Source of the DNA: Tubiluchus corallicola
Taxonomy: Eukaryota > Animalia > Priapulida
NCBI GenBank assembly: GCA_030141605.1
Contig: JAQGDQ010001162.1
Span: 1-58,185 of the forward strand
DNA length: 58,185 bases
Reading direction: 5' to 3'
Positions within the stretch are counted from its first letter, which is position 1; each line of letters begins with the position of its first letter. This document shows, piece by piece, positions 46,387-58,185 of the stretch. The translations under genes were made by a program, and so were the position numbers. The notes below the pieces were generated by a model that worked only from the letters and a program-made list of their open reading frames with translations, ran no database searches and was not told where the DNA came from.

Positions 46387-47143
46387 GTGTGCTAAAGGAA
46401 AGAACAAGTCACTCAGCATGTTGGGTTTATTTTACTGTTATCACTTAAACTGTTTGTGGTGTGCTAAAGGAAAACAAGTCACTCAGCTTGCCGGGTTTAT
46501 TTTACTGTTATCACTTAAACTTAGAAAAATATAACAAAGAAATTTGCAAAGAACTGCCTATAAAGCATAAATTCAAAATCTACTACCTCTGAATAGAAAA
46601 TTTCAGGCTCGGTGGTTGCCGCCATTCATTTGAAAACGATGACGTAATCCGGACACTTCGTGACTTTTCGTGAGCGCGTCGTGGGTTTCCGTAAACGCGC
46701 GCCGATTTAACTAATTCAAACTTCTGCAGCTTACCTACTGTTCACGCGGAAATAATTCAAAATTTGCTATCTAACATTGTTAAATTGCTATGCTTTTCTC
46801 CATGTTAGCAACCTCTACGGCATGTAATCGATGATTGGAGATTCTTGCCCTAATTTAACAATAATTTATTGAATATTTAAAATGCATTAACATTAAAAAT
46901 TGACAAATGCATTTTCCATACTTATATTAACACATAAATAGTACATACACTATAGACTGTATAAGTAAAATAGACTGTATAAGTAAAACTAAAATAATAC
47001 ATGTTTATAAAACAAGTCCATATTAAATTTCTAATTAATTAAAATGGCTTCTTTATGAAAATAAATTTTCCGGAATGATTGGAAGTTGTGAAAGTCATGT
47101 ATGAAGTTGAAGTTGAACACTTATAGCCGGAATGATTGGAAGT

Positions 47144-47635
47144 TGTGAAAGTCATGTATGAAGTTGAAGTTGAACACTTGTAGAAAACGAATAAACACTA
47201 AAAACATATCTGCACAAAAACTGAAACCGTTTATTAGACTAATTACACAGTAAAATACACAAGTAAAATGAAGATCACGACTGCTGCGCTGCGCTGCACT
47301 GCACTGCACTGAGAGTGTGAGTTAGACAGTGTGTAACACGACTGCACTGCACTGAGAACGTGACAGAGAGTTACATAAGTAGATCGACTGCACGTCACTG
47401 AGAGCGTGACAGAGAGACAATGGCTAGAAGTGAAATCCAGCCTGTATATATAGGTAGAGAACTATGCAAAAACTTGGCTTCACATATCCCATTACAGTAA
47501 AAATAGGGAAGATCCAGTGAGTTTGCATATTCACTGGACCGAGCAATTGTACTAAGGGTGAGTTTAACTAGTAAAATGTTAAAGTGACTAATCAATAGAT
47601 GGCAGCACCTAAAATATACAGTTACAACTTTCACA
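47144..47635 (-). mobile_element. Solo-LTR-like element (family E)
   Basis: TGTGAAAGT...ACTTTCACA termini, 5-bp flanks GAAGT/GAACT, internal TATA-like and AATAAA motifs; inverted homologue at ~42212-42700. Confidence 0.65.
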
Positions 47636-47857
47636 GAACTGTTGCGCATTATTGATCTTACGTGCATGAATTGGTAAATCATTCCATAATTCTGGTGCCG
47701 CTATGCTAAAACTATGAGAAGCACATGTGACTAGATTACAACGCGGTACAACAAGTGTCGACGAATTAATTGATCTAAGATTGCAATTGGGCGAGTATGG
47801 CTTCAAGAAATCAGGTATATAGGAGGGCGCTAAATCATTCAGAGCTTTAAATGTTAA

Positions 47858-48403
47858 AGGAAAACCGGATGGTTGTGTAGGCAGGAGTTCAGAATAAAGA
47901 ATGCTCTAAAATATTGAAAACTACAACAGCTTTTTTTAAATTAAAGCTTAGATTAAATAATAATTACCTCGGATACTCAAATTTCGTTAAACTTTCAAAG
48001 CTAGGCCCGGCTCATTGAATCTGCTAAGATTGGCTACGGTGCCTTTTTGTCACATTCGCGTGGCCGACAAATAGATAGCGGTACCGTGATATTCATGATC
48101 GTGCGGTGTTAGTTTCTGACGTCATATCGCGTAGAGCCATTTTTCGTAACATCACGCGTTTAAGCAGCACTGTAACATGTACATACAAATGTGCAAATAT
48201 GCAAGGGAAGACGTCTGCCATTGCACAAACTGTGGTTAGTTTCTGACGTAAGTAATATCTGTGTTCGGTTGCCGTTATTTAACTCTCCAAGCTAATTATT
48301 CAAATATAAGAAACAATTGCTAAATTTTATAGGCAAGAAAATCTATATATTTTGGACAGTAAATTAAAATGAGATTGAGTCTAAACAATCGTTCGGTCTT
48401 CCT
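47858..48403 (-). mobile_element. Kolobok-like element family D inserted in an L2 fragment
   Basis: TTAA TSD; removing it restores RIKYKILLL-TFKALNDLAP. Confidence 0.82.
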
Positions 48404-48947
48404 TTAATAAGAGAATTTTGTATTTTATTCTGAAAGAAACGGCCAACCAGTGCAATTGAATGAGAACAAGAGTTATGTTATTTGTGATGTTCATTTGTAT
48501 TTGTGCCTAGTAGCTAATATAAACGAACTTAGCCATAACATTATTAATGGTGACACATATCATTGCGTTATTTAATTCACATTACTCCATTTGTACGAAG
48601 ATTGACAGTGGCGCCACTTTCTTCGAGACGGATGACGTCATTGAAAGAAGAACGGGCATTGAAAATGGGAGCACACAAACATGGAGGTGATCGCGACTTT
48701 AAAACGATTTTACTAATTACACGAGGCGCTTATTGCAATTTTATTACCAAATCCTGCTGACATTTTTCGCGAACAATGAAATAACTGTTAAGAAGGAAGG
48801 CTTGGTGTGTTTTTAACGGAACTAAACGCAAAAAATCTTTGGGCGCTGACAACAAAAATTCGTAATAAAAAATTGGTGCGCAGCGAAGATGTAAAAACGG
48901 CGTTTATCGAACCTGCATACGAGCAAAAATCTCGTCTGTGTGAGACA

Positions 48948-49349
48948 TAGGGGTGAGCATCGAACGTTCGAATCGAATTCGATTCGAACGAGTTTTTTTA
49001 GTTCGAACTCGATTCGAATCCAAAACTATAGATTCGAATAATTTAGCAGTTCAATCACACGTGTTCCTGATCACTAAAACGATTGAAGCATCATGCAATT
49101 AGCGTGATTTAGCAGTGATTTCTGCGCACAATTTTAAGCAAATTACTAGTCGTTTTATTGCAGAACGAAATTTAGTGATACAGTCTTTGTAAGACTAATT
49201 TTTGCTGGTGGTTCGAAAACTTGTTCGAAAATCGTTCAATCTCAATTCGAATTCTGTTCGAATTCGAAACACTGAAGTTCGGTTCGATTCGAATTCGAAA
49301 GTCCCAAATTCGGTTCGATTCGCTTTTTGGTAGAGAATGCTCGCCCCTA
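48948..49349 (-). mobile_element. hAT-type MITE family C, inverted copy
   Basis: TIRs present; TSD GTGAGACA/GTGAGAAA. Confidence 0.87.
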
Positions 49350-49683
49350 GTGAGAAAAACTGTTGCACACAGACTTTGATTCGTGTGCGTCTAGTAACTG
49401 ACCGAATGCAGAGAAGATCATTAGGCGTCACTTAGGTGCAAGCATCTGTTACAACATGTTCGACACAGACTTTTGCTCGTTTGTGGAGCCTCGATAAACT
49501 CCTATTGATGCCTAGATTTTTAATGAACGCGCTCAATATTCTGTATCCATTTTAAGAAAACGCATTACGGCCATCGTATAAAAATTTGCATCTGACAAAA
49601 CCAGCTAACACCAATAAGAGCAATCGTTTAGCCAGGTCACGTAACTTTGACGAGCGGTCGAAGACAAACGAAGCAATTTTTAA

Positions 49684-50157
49684 CCCTTTCATACCAATTG
49701 TATCGCGTGGGATACAAGAATATTTTCTGCTTTTAAAACAAATAAAATTTTAAAACTGACAGTTATTTGATCTGTTAATAGTTATTTTGATTTAAACCAA
49801 TAACAATAGACTAAAATGGTGATAAAATGGCAAACTAGAAAATCTACGTAGCATAAAAAAACTGCGCAAGGTACAGTACTTTAGAGACGACTTTGTACAG
49901 ATCAGCATAGCATGCATACTAAATGTCTTAAATACTTTAAAAAATTATCAGCAGTTGCAAAATGAAGCACATTTTTTGCTTTTGTTGTGTTTTTAATAAA
50001 GCCGGACTTTGTTTTTTTTGCACATGACAAAAATGATAGCACACGGGCACAGGTAGAAAAAAATAATTATTATGTGTAAACAAGATGGACATATTGAACA
50101 AAAGTAACAAGTCAAAATAATTTTTCTTATTAAAAAAATAATTTGGGACTGAAAGGG
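49684..50157. mobile_element. piggyBac-type MITE
   Basis: TTAA|CCCTTTCA...TGAAAGGG|TTAA. Confidence 0.82.
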
Positions 50158-51159
50158 TTAATGAGTTCTTGTCATAATGTCCAATGATGTCATTAGTATG
50201 TGGAACTGGTTTAAAGAAACTATTGCCGGAAGTAATAGGTTGTCTCTCTGATACGTAAAGTTATCTGTGCTCACAGTGGACTGCAGAACCATCACGGATA
50301 TAAGGATTTGTTCCACTGGGCGGGGAAGAAGTTCAAAACATACTCTAACTACGAAAATAAACTCATCTATATTGGTGACAACGAAAACTTTGATAGTGAA
50401 CTTAGTAGTGCCATGAATAGATGGCGACACAGCAAGGCAGAAAAACTAAATGTAGAAAAAGGTGCCACCTTCTGGAAAACACATAAACAAATTTTTAAAA
50501 GTGTAAATAGCAAGATTTGTCTCAAGATGTTATGTCAGGATGCTGATGATTTAGTTAAACAAAAGTTGCTGCAGAACGGTAGTGCAAGCCTGGTAGGAAG
50601 TCATATTTATAAAAAAAAAGATGTATACGCATGCGCAGACCGTGAGGAACTTTTAAAAATTTGTACGGTATTAAAAACTTCCGTGCTACGATTTTGAAAA
50701 AAATCCCGATAATATGTTAAACGTCAACTTATGGATGCTGTTTCTTGTACATGGACAGATATATATATATATCTAGGAATACTATGCAACTTTGAGGAAG
50801 AAATGTTGAAATGCAGAATATAAAACCATTGATCTTGCCGCTTGCAAATAATGAAAGGGAAATGGAATTCAATGTCACGTGTTTTTCAAACCGACAAGTG
50901 AATCTTAATTGAGATCTTTTTATGTGTAATACTAATTTATGTGAATGTGAGGTAGTAGAGCAACTCCTCAGGACATAACTGAATTTTATTCAATTGCAAT
51001 AAAGTGGGCGAAACTAAACGAACGCGTTTAGAAATAGCTGATGCCAATTATGCAGGTAACATTATGCTTCAATCCGATAAAAATTTAATTAATGTCTTCA
51101 ACTAAACTGATCAGAGATAGTTTTATACTAAATAATTATTAATTTAGTCTCGCTCGAGT

Positions 51160-51830
51160 ATACATATATATATATATAAATTCTTTATTTGTCATTAAAA
51201 ATGGCTCACTCATTACAATAAAATTGAGTAATCCTCAGCGTAATGTTAAAAACAACACTGTTCAAGACAAATGCGCCCAGTGCAGACTAAAAAAACTAAA
51301 GTGCAAAACAAAGGCCTAATTATATACAATAAATGAACATATTTACAAATTTACAAACACAATATTAAAATATTTTACAAAACAATATTACAAAAAAAAC
51401 ATTAAATTTTACAAGACATATTTTACACTATATATACATTTAACATGACACAACAGAAACATGTTTTACATTACATAATTTTTTTTTAAATTTTACATTT
51501 TTAATCGTTTTATGGAGTTAGGGGCAGGGGTAGATGAAAGTTGAGTCTGTGTAATTAGTATCAGATGCACAATGTGGAAGTTGAAACCTGTTATATTGAT
51601 ATTCTTTTAATTTCTTTTTAAAGTGGTGGAGAGATTCTATTAGTTTTATTTCATAAATACGTAATGTGTGTGAATAAAGTGAATCATTTGAAATTAAATC
51701 TAATCTAGGTATATATTATATGTTAGTTGTAGTATTAGTCGTAGTAGTAGATTTAGTGGCTAAAATCTTTGCAAATGTACATTATATTAGTGGGGTAATG
51801 ACAAGAAAGACAACAAAATTTAGTCCAAAA
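51160..51830 (-). mobile_element. Decayed LINE 3' fragment
   Basis: Minus-strand remnant IKLIESLHHFKKKLK resembling an ORF2 C-terminus, then AT-rich UTR and AATAAA. Confidence 0.45.
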
Positions 51831-52195
51831 TTATATTGTCTGCGGGTACAGCGACGTAGTTATCAAAACAAAAACATGTCAGGCAAAAAGTGCGATGATA
51901 TTAATCACTGTTTACTTTGCATAATAGCAAATGACACAAGCTTGTTCAGTTTCAAAGAATTCCGCACAGTCTGCGAAGTTTGTGTTACGATTTTTATTCG
52001 TAACTTCCTCCATTACTAGGCATTCACTGATAATGTAGATTTCTCATTGGACTGCACCACAGTCACACAGTCACCTAGTGTACACAGCGTGAAATTGGAA
52101 ATTTAAAAGATTTGTTATATGAAAATGTAAATTGTTGATTTGAGCCTGCAAAAAGAGGCACCTTTTTGTATATATGTTCCTTTTTGAATAAAGAT

Positions 52196-52256
52196 TTATT
52201 ATTATTATTATCATCATCATCATCATGATTATTATTATTATTATTATTATTATATT
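52196..52256. repeat. (TTA)n/(TCA)n microsatellite, probable retroelement tail
   Basis: Follows AATAAA at ~52187. Confidence 0.75.
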
Positions 52257-52437
52257 AGCCAGTTATAATCTGTAATTGCTTACCGAGTTTATCCATGACA
52301 CAGTTTGCTTCATTTAAAAGTTGGCGCGTACAGGCTGAGTAACTAGTAACTAAGGACGAAAGCATGGCGCATGCGCCAAAGCAAATTTAGTTTCAAACTT
52401 AATAGTATTTTTCTCAGTATAGGCCCATCGAAATAGA

Positions 52438-52983
52438 TTAAATCGGGCGATTGTGTAAACACGAGTTCAGAATAAAGAATGCTCTAAAATATTGAGAACT
52501 ACAATAGCGTTTTTTGAATCGAAGCTTTGATTAAATGATAATTACCTTGGAAAACTCAGATGTTGTTGAACATTCAAAGCTACGCGCGGCTCAGGGAATC
52601 TACTAAGATTGGCAAGGGTGCTATTTGGTCACACGCGCGTGGCTGACAAGTAGCAGGTGGTACCGTGATAACCATGATCATGAACTGCTGTGTTAGCTTC
52701 TGACGTCATATGACGTAGAGCCCATTATCGTGACATTGCGCGTTTAAGCAGTAACACTTATGCAAACATTCTTGACGCGCAAGGGAAGATGCCTGCCATT
52801 GCACAAACTGTGGTTAGTTTGTGACGTAAATAATAGCTGTGTTCAGTTGCTGTTAATTAACTTTCTAAGCTAATTTTTCAAATGTAAGAAACAATTGCTA
52901 ATTTTTATAGGCAAGAAAACGTATATTTTGAACAGTAAATTAAAATGAGATTGAGTCTAAACAATCATCTAGTTTTTCTTTAA
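52438..52983 (-). mobile_element. Kolobok-like element family D, diverged copy
   Basis: Colinear with 47885-48403. Confidence 0.72.
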
Positions 52984-53354
52984 AGAAATTAGTTCTATAT
53001 GTATTCAATATAACTTACCCCACTAATATCGCTTAATACAGACACCATCATTAAATGTTTTATTTTTACAATAGAAACAAAATAGTTAGAATTAGAACTG
53101 CAGCTTGAACATTCACCTTACGTAATAGACCCTAGTAGAGATGACAAATTACAAATAGTGTTCTGAAAACGTGTGACCTGGAAAAAATGACGTCCCACCT
53201 GTCAAAGATGGTATAATTAGAATCGGTCGTAAATAAAGTCAGTAAATAGGTCGTAGAACGTCACAAGAATGCGCGCTCTTGGTACGACCTAAAAATAGAC
53301 TAAGTTTTATAGTGGGCTTTAAAAAGAAAGGAGAGATTTAAACAATTTACAGAC

Positions 53355-54807
53355 ACTTTCACTAATGAAAGACAATAGCAACACATTTAATCAGTTATGC
53401 ATTTCCGCTGTTTATTGTCTAATAAAAAAATTGTCAACCAACGCAAACGACTGTACATAATATTGTTTTAAATATATCACCAATATTGTCAGATAAACAG
53501 TTTATACAATAATAAGTTAAGAGTTAACAGCAGGAGTAATTCGTCACTATGCTACTTATCCCAATTATTAGGACACAAACTTTTCATTACAAGAAAAACC
53601 TACTGCACATTTGCACAAACTTTTCATTACAAGAAAAACCTACTGCACATTTGCACAAACTTTTCATTACAAGAAAAACCTACTGCACATTTGCACAAAG
53701 TTGACTTCAATCCTGTCACTAAGAAGCCGGAATGCAGGGAAATTGTCAACGTAAACATTTTTACGTACGAGTGAGTTTTCGTACGAAATCGTATCAATAA
53801 ATAATACCGTACTGCAGTTAAATTGTCCGTTATATACAACACAATTTTGCATATTCGCTATAAAACACGTTAACTAAGAGTTTAGTACTTAAGAATTATT
53901 TAACTAGGAATTTTTTTAGCACTGGCAAATTTTTCATCACGATACGTATGATTGAAACCATAAAAATTACCACAAAACAGAACATTTGCTGCATTTTGCA
54001 TGGGTTCATGAAAAACTGCTCTCACTTGAATATTTCAAAAAAAAACTCGTGTACTGTGCATAATTTGTCAAAAAGTAATTGAAGAAATATAGTTTTAAAC
54101 TGCCGAAAACCCAAACACCAAATTTGATACAACAAACAAGTCAAATATAGCAAAAATGTGCAGAATAATTGAATTATCCATATTTGGCAAACAAGTATAA
54201 GTACATCAAAATTGAATTTATTCATTATCAAGGCATCTAAAACAAAAAAGTTTACCAGAATTTAGAAAAAACATTGAAATACAATTCATTAGTTAGATAG
54301 CCGAAAGATATGATATACCATTATATAGATAATTTAACAATTTACCTTACAGATTACATATCTTGATTGGTATGTCACAAACAAAGAAACAAACAAATAT
54401 GTTGGTAGAAACAGAACTGTCAATATTAGGTAGCAGCCATTTTGTTACCGAGTTCCACAAAATGGCCACGCAAAATGTATAGAATAGGAATTTGTTAAGA
54501 CAGTTGTATTACTGTTTACAATCCACATCAGTTTAGCAGGCAGGCAAAACAGAAACGTAGTTAAATTAAACATTTAGTTTAGTTTCATTAAAGTTTAATG
54601 ATTAAACGTCCTGAGAATGAATGGAGAAATTTACTTGCAATTTGTAAGTTTACAGGACCACCTCGCAAAATAGGTTTGTTGCGAGTGCCAGCAGCGACAC
54701 AAAGACTTGTGATCAAAACAACAACATATAAGTGCAAAGTCTACTAGTAAAACAACACAACAGTGATGCAAATAAATGTTGTTTGTATTTTCTTTGTGCC
54801 TGTTCGA
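53355..54807 (+). repeat. Segmental duplication copy 2 (contains a 40-bp triplication at 53574-53699)
   Basis: Nearly identical to 33721-35577 without the MITE. Confidence 0.93.
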
Positions 54808-54808
54808 C

Positions 54809-55420
54809 ATGAAAAAGGAAATTTCAGGCGTAGTCACACAGGTAAACTCACTTACAACTAAAGTAAAATCCCTAGAGTTAACTGTTGCTACATTACAAGA
54901 GTCGGTTAAAGACAAGGATGCAACCATTGACAGATTAGAACAATATAGCAGGAGAGAATGCTTGGAGATTACTGGGATACCTGTGACAAAGGGAGAAGAC
55001 ACGGATGAGATTGTGAAAGATCTAGCAAACTCGATGGGAGTGCAAATAGATGACAGTGACATCAGTGTGTCGCACAGATTACCGGCAAACGTAAGGAAAG
55101 AAACACCAAAAATCATAGTGAAGTTTGTTAGGAAAACCAAGAGGGACGAGATGTTTAAGAAAAGAGGCGAAGTCGCATATACCAGCGATTTACCTACAGG
55201 GAGTTACCATTATGGAAGGCAAAGAATCTACATTAATGAGAGCTTGACTCAAAAACGAAAACAACTGTTTTACGATGTTAAGCAGTTCAAAAAAGAAAAA
55301 CATTTTAAATATTTGTGGACCAAAAATGGTAGAATTTTGTTAAAATACAATGATGAAAGTGAAGTGTTTGCCATAGAAACAGAAACAGATTTTCGCAAAG
55401 TAGTGAATAAAACAAATTAA
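54809..55420 (+). CDS. LINE ORF1 (coiled coil plus L1-transposase-like RRM/CTD)
   Basis: LEQYSRRECLEITGIP, DISVSHRL, IIVKFV, IYINESLT, YLWTKNGRI. Confidence 0.88.
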   Translation: MKKEISGVVTQVNSLTTKVKSLELTVATLQESVKDKDATIDRLEQYSRRECLEITGIPVTKGEDTDEIVKDLANSMGVQIDDSDISVSHRLPANVRKETPKIIVKFVRKTKRDEMFKKRGEVAYTSDLPTGSYHYGRQRIYINESLTQKRKQLFYDVKQFKKEKHFKYLWTKNGRILLKYNDESEVFAIETETDFRKVVNKTN

Positions 55421-55445
55421 AGTGTAAAAAATGTAAATATTATCA

Positions 55446-58185
55446 ATGCCAGTTAGGCACCCTTGCAATAAATGTGCTAGACCCTGTAAATATAATGAAA
55501 ATTCTATTAACTGTGATAATTGTTATCAGTGGACCCATTTAAGGTGCACTGCTCTGACAATCAACCAATTCAATATACTAGGAAGTAATAATGATATTTA
55601 TTATTGTATTAAATGCTTAAATGATATTTTCCCCTTCCAGGAACAAGAGAATGAGGATATACAAGAATTTTTTAGAATAGATGTATCCATGTCAACTCTG
55701 ACCAGTCTACCTTCTTTGTGCGAGTTTTCTACTTTTACTAACTTTTCCACTAATAATAATGATCCTGATAACTTTCTTCCTTATCAAGAAAGTAATTATT
55801 ATAAACTGTCAACTCTATCTAGTCAAGATGACTTAGCAAATACCAGTAAGGATTTCACTTTTGTGCATTTTAATGTCAGTAGTATAAACAAAAATTACAC
55901 TAGTATGTTAGACGTTCTTTTACACTTTCAAAACCCTCCTGACATTATAGCATTAAGTGAAGCCCGTTTAAAAAAAGATCATATTTTTCTCACACCCTTA
56001 CCTGGGTATCAATTTATTCGTGACGATTCTACAACCAATGCAGGTGGTGTGGGATTGTATATCAGAAACTCTGTAATTTTTTCAGAAATGCCTAAATACA
56101 AAATACACAACTCAGACTGTAAAAATGGCTCCACAAACCGTATGCAACTGGAGAATATGTGGATTGAAATAGAAACTCAACCCAACATCAAAAACATTTT
56201 ATTTGGAGTCATCTACAGGCACCCAAATACTAACCTTGAAGAATTTCATGAAGAACTAGAAAGTAAATTATCCTTAATTATTGTTTAATTTTTTTATTCA
56301 GTTTGTTGTATTTGTCTTTAGGTCACCTAATTAGCATCCTTCAGTGGGCATAAATATGATTATTACTATTAGACACTGGTGAGTTTGCAAAGTTACTGCT
56401 GATAATTTAATTTAAGAAACATTGACTTTTTAAGGTTGTAACAGTTACCATACATAATTAAGCATTCAAAATTAGAAAAAAACATAAACATTATCGCTCT
56501 ATATCCTTTGGACCCTTTGCATACTATGACACCAGACTAGATTTGCTGTCATTGTTGTTGAAACCAACTGATTTCTGAAAATTCATTTTATTTTGTTAGT
56601 CAGAACTAACAAATTTTGCTATATATGCGGTGACATAAATATTAACTTACTACATAGTGACAGCAAAACCTCAGTGACAAATTATACAAACATGTTATTC
56701 TCTAATAATTTTGTGCCAATTATAACTAAACCAACAAGAATAACTCATCACACTAATACACTCATTGATCATATTTATACAAATGACCTCACCAACCACG
56801 TAACACCTGGAATTTTGCTTTATCAAGTAGCCGACCATCTTCCTATATTTGCAATTATAAAGCATACTAAACTGAAAATGAAATCCAACAAAATCACCAC
56901 AAGAAATTTTAAAAATTCAACTGAACAAAATTTTTTAAATAACCTGCAGCTAGAATTAGCCAAAATAAATTTTAATGACTTGGAAACTAATGAGGGATTT
57001 AGCAAATTTAATGAAATACTCTTCAATGTGTTTAATAATCATTTTCCTTTGCAAACTCTGTCTAGGAAAGACACTATTACATTTCAAAAACCATGGATCA
57101 CTAAAGGAATTTTAAATAGTATTAAAACCAGATCACGTCTTTACAAATCACACAAACTCTCAAATAATTTATACAAACAAATCTACTACAAATCCTACTC
57201 AAATAAATTAAATCATGTCAAAGAATCATCAAAAAAACAATATTACACTGAAACATTGCAAAAACACAAGAATAACATGAAAAAAACTTGGGAAACAATA
57301 AACAGTATTATAAAAACTGATCCAAAAACACGACAAACACCAAGTAAGTTAACAATAAATAATGTGGACTATACAGATACATATGATATTGCCAGTAAAC
57401 TAAATGAGTTTTTTGTAAATATAGGCCCTGACATGGCTGCCAAAATACCTAAACCTAACGTTAATTTTACTGACTTTTTAAAAAACCCTAACCCAAATTC
57501 TTTTTTCATTAATCCTATTACTGAAAATGAAACATGCACACTTTTAAACACACTTAATTCAAACAAATCACCAGGACCACAAAATATACCAATATCTTTT
57601 TTTAAATCTGCAAGTCAAATTATTTCACCAATACTCACATTACTGTTTAATAAATCGGTTAATGCTGGAACTTTTCCAAATATATTAAAAATAGCAAAAG
57701 TTATTCCTTTATATAAAACTGGCTCTCCACATGAACCTGGCAATTACAGACCAATATCTCTCTTATCACCAGTATCAAAAGTTTTTGAGAGGCTAATTTA
57801 CAAGAGATTATACCAGTTTGTTGTGAAAAGTAATATCCTAAGTAAATACCAGTTTGGTTTCAGAAAAAATTATTCAACTGCCCTTGCTGTATCCGAATTA
57901 ATAGACACGATCTCTCTAGACACTGACAAAAAATTACTGAATTGCGGAATATTTTTAGACTTATCAAAAGCTTTTGATACCGTACAGCATAGTATACTAA
58001 TAGCCAAATTAAACCATTATGGCATCAGAGGTCTACCTTTGCAACTAATTCAGTCATATCTAACTAACAGAAAACAATTCATATCTATTAACAATGTATC
58101 ATCAGACTATAAACACATATCGTGTGGAGTGCCACAAGGCTCTAATTTAGGACCTCTTCTATTCTTAATTTATATTAACGATCTT
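55446..58185 (+). pseudogene. LINE ORF2 (PHD finger, APE endonuclease, reverse transcriptase), interrupted by a ~320-bp insertion at ~56280-56598
   Basis: C4HC3 PHD; HFNVSSI, DIIALSE, GGVGLYI, IYRHPN. After the insert: CGDINI, PTR..LIDHI, DHLPI, PWIT, NYRPISLL, QFGFR, FLDLSKAFDT, GVPQGSNLGPLLFLIYINDL. Confidence 0.9.

Larger units (their letters stand above)
46860..48510 (-). mobile_element. L2-type LINE 3' fragment interrupted by two younger elements
   Basis: QLHWLAVSFRIKYKILLL / TFKALNDLAPSY..LRS..SFSIAAPELWNDLP..QQF / QSFRKIYF. Confidence 0.75.
54808..58185 (+). mobile_element. CR1/L2-group non-LTR retrotransposon, probably 5'-truncated, runs off the window
   Basis: ORF1 then ORF2 with PHD, APE and RT domains; the 5' junction is where homology with 33721-35577 ends. 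Confidence 0.92.

Noticed and set aside
54776-54808. Start of LINE ORF1 as given by the ORF track
   Set aside because: These codons belong to the duplicated host flank (same as ~35546-35577); element sequence starts at ~54808.

Overview
AT-rich, intron-rich, repeat-dense eukaryotic (invertebrate animal, possibly tunicate; not determinable from sequence alone) genomic window. Host genes reconstructed by hand from GT-AG junctions and reading-frame phase: (1) the first two coding exons of an amino-acid-transporter-like gene on the minus strand (3350->1615), head-to-head with (2) an 18-exon TELO2/Tel2 gene on the plus strand (3542-33122, ~853 aa); (3) an intronless mitochondrial-clan, CYP27-like P450 (516 aa) nested antisense in TELO2 intron 14 and sandwiched between a 27-bp and a 37-bp minisatellite; (4) a 6-exon secreted pentraxin-domain gene on the minus strand (43765->35794, ~303 aa). 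A ~1.4-kb segment downstream of the pentraxin gene is duplicated ~19.6 kb to the right, where it runs into a CR1/L2-type LINE (ORF1, then PHD-APE-RT ORF2). The rest is MITEs (hAT-, Kolobok-, piggyBac-, pogo-like), LINE 3' fragments, solo-LTR-like elements and many local tandem arrays. The most striking pattern is in-place tandem amplification of short segments, including a 78-bp unit that carries the TELO2 exon-14 splice acceptor (6 copies) and a 37-bp unit that carries the putative P450 acceptor (~37 copies). No CRISPR array, rRNA gene or confident tRNA gene was found. No database searches were run; family calls rest on recognised motifs.
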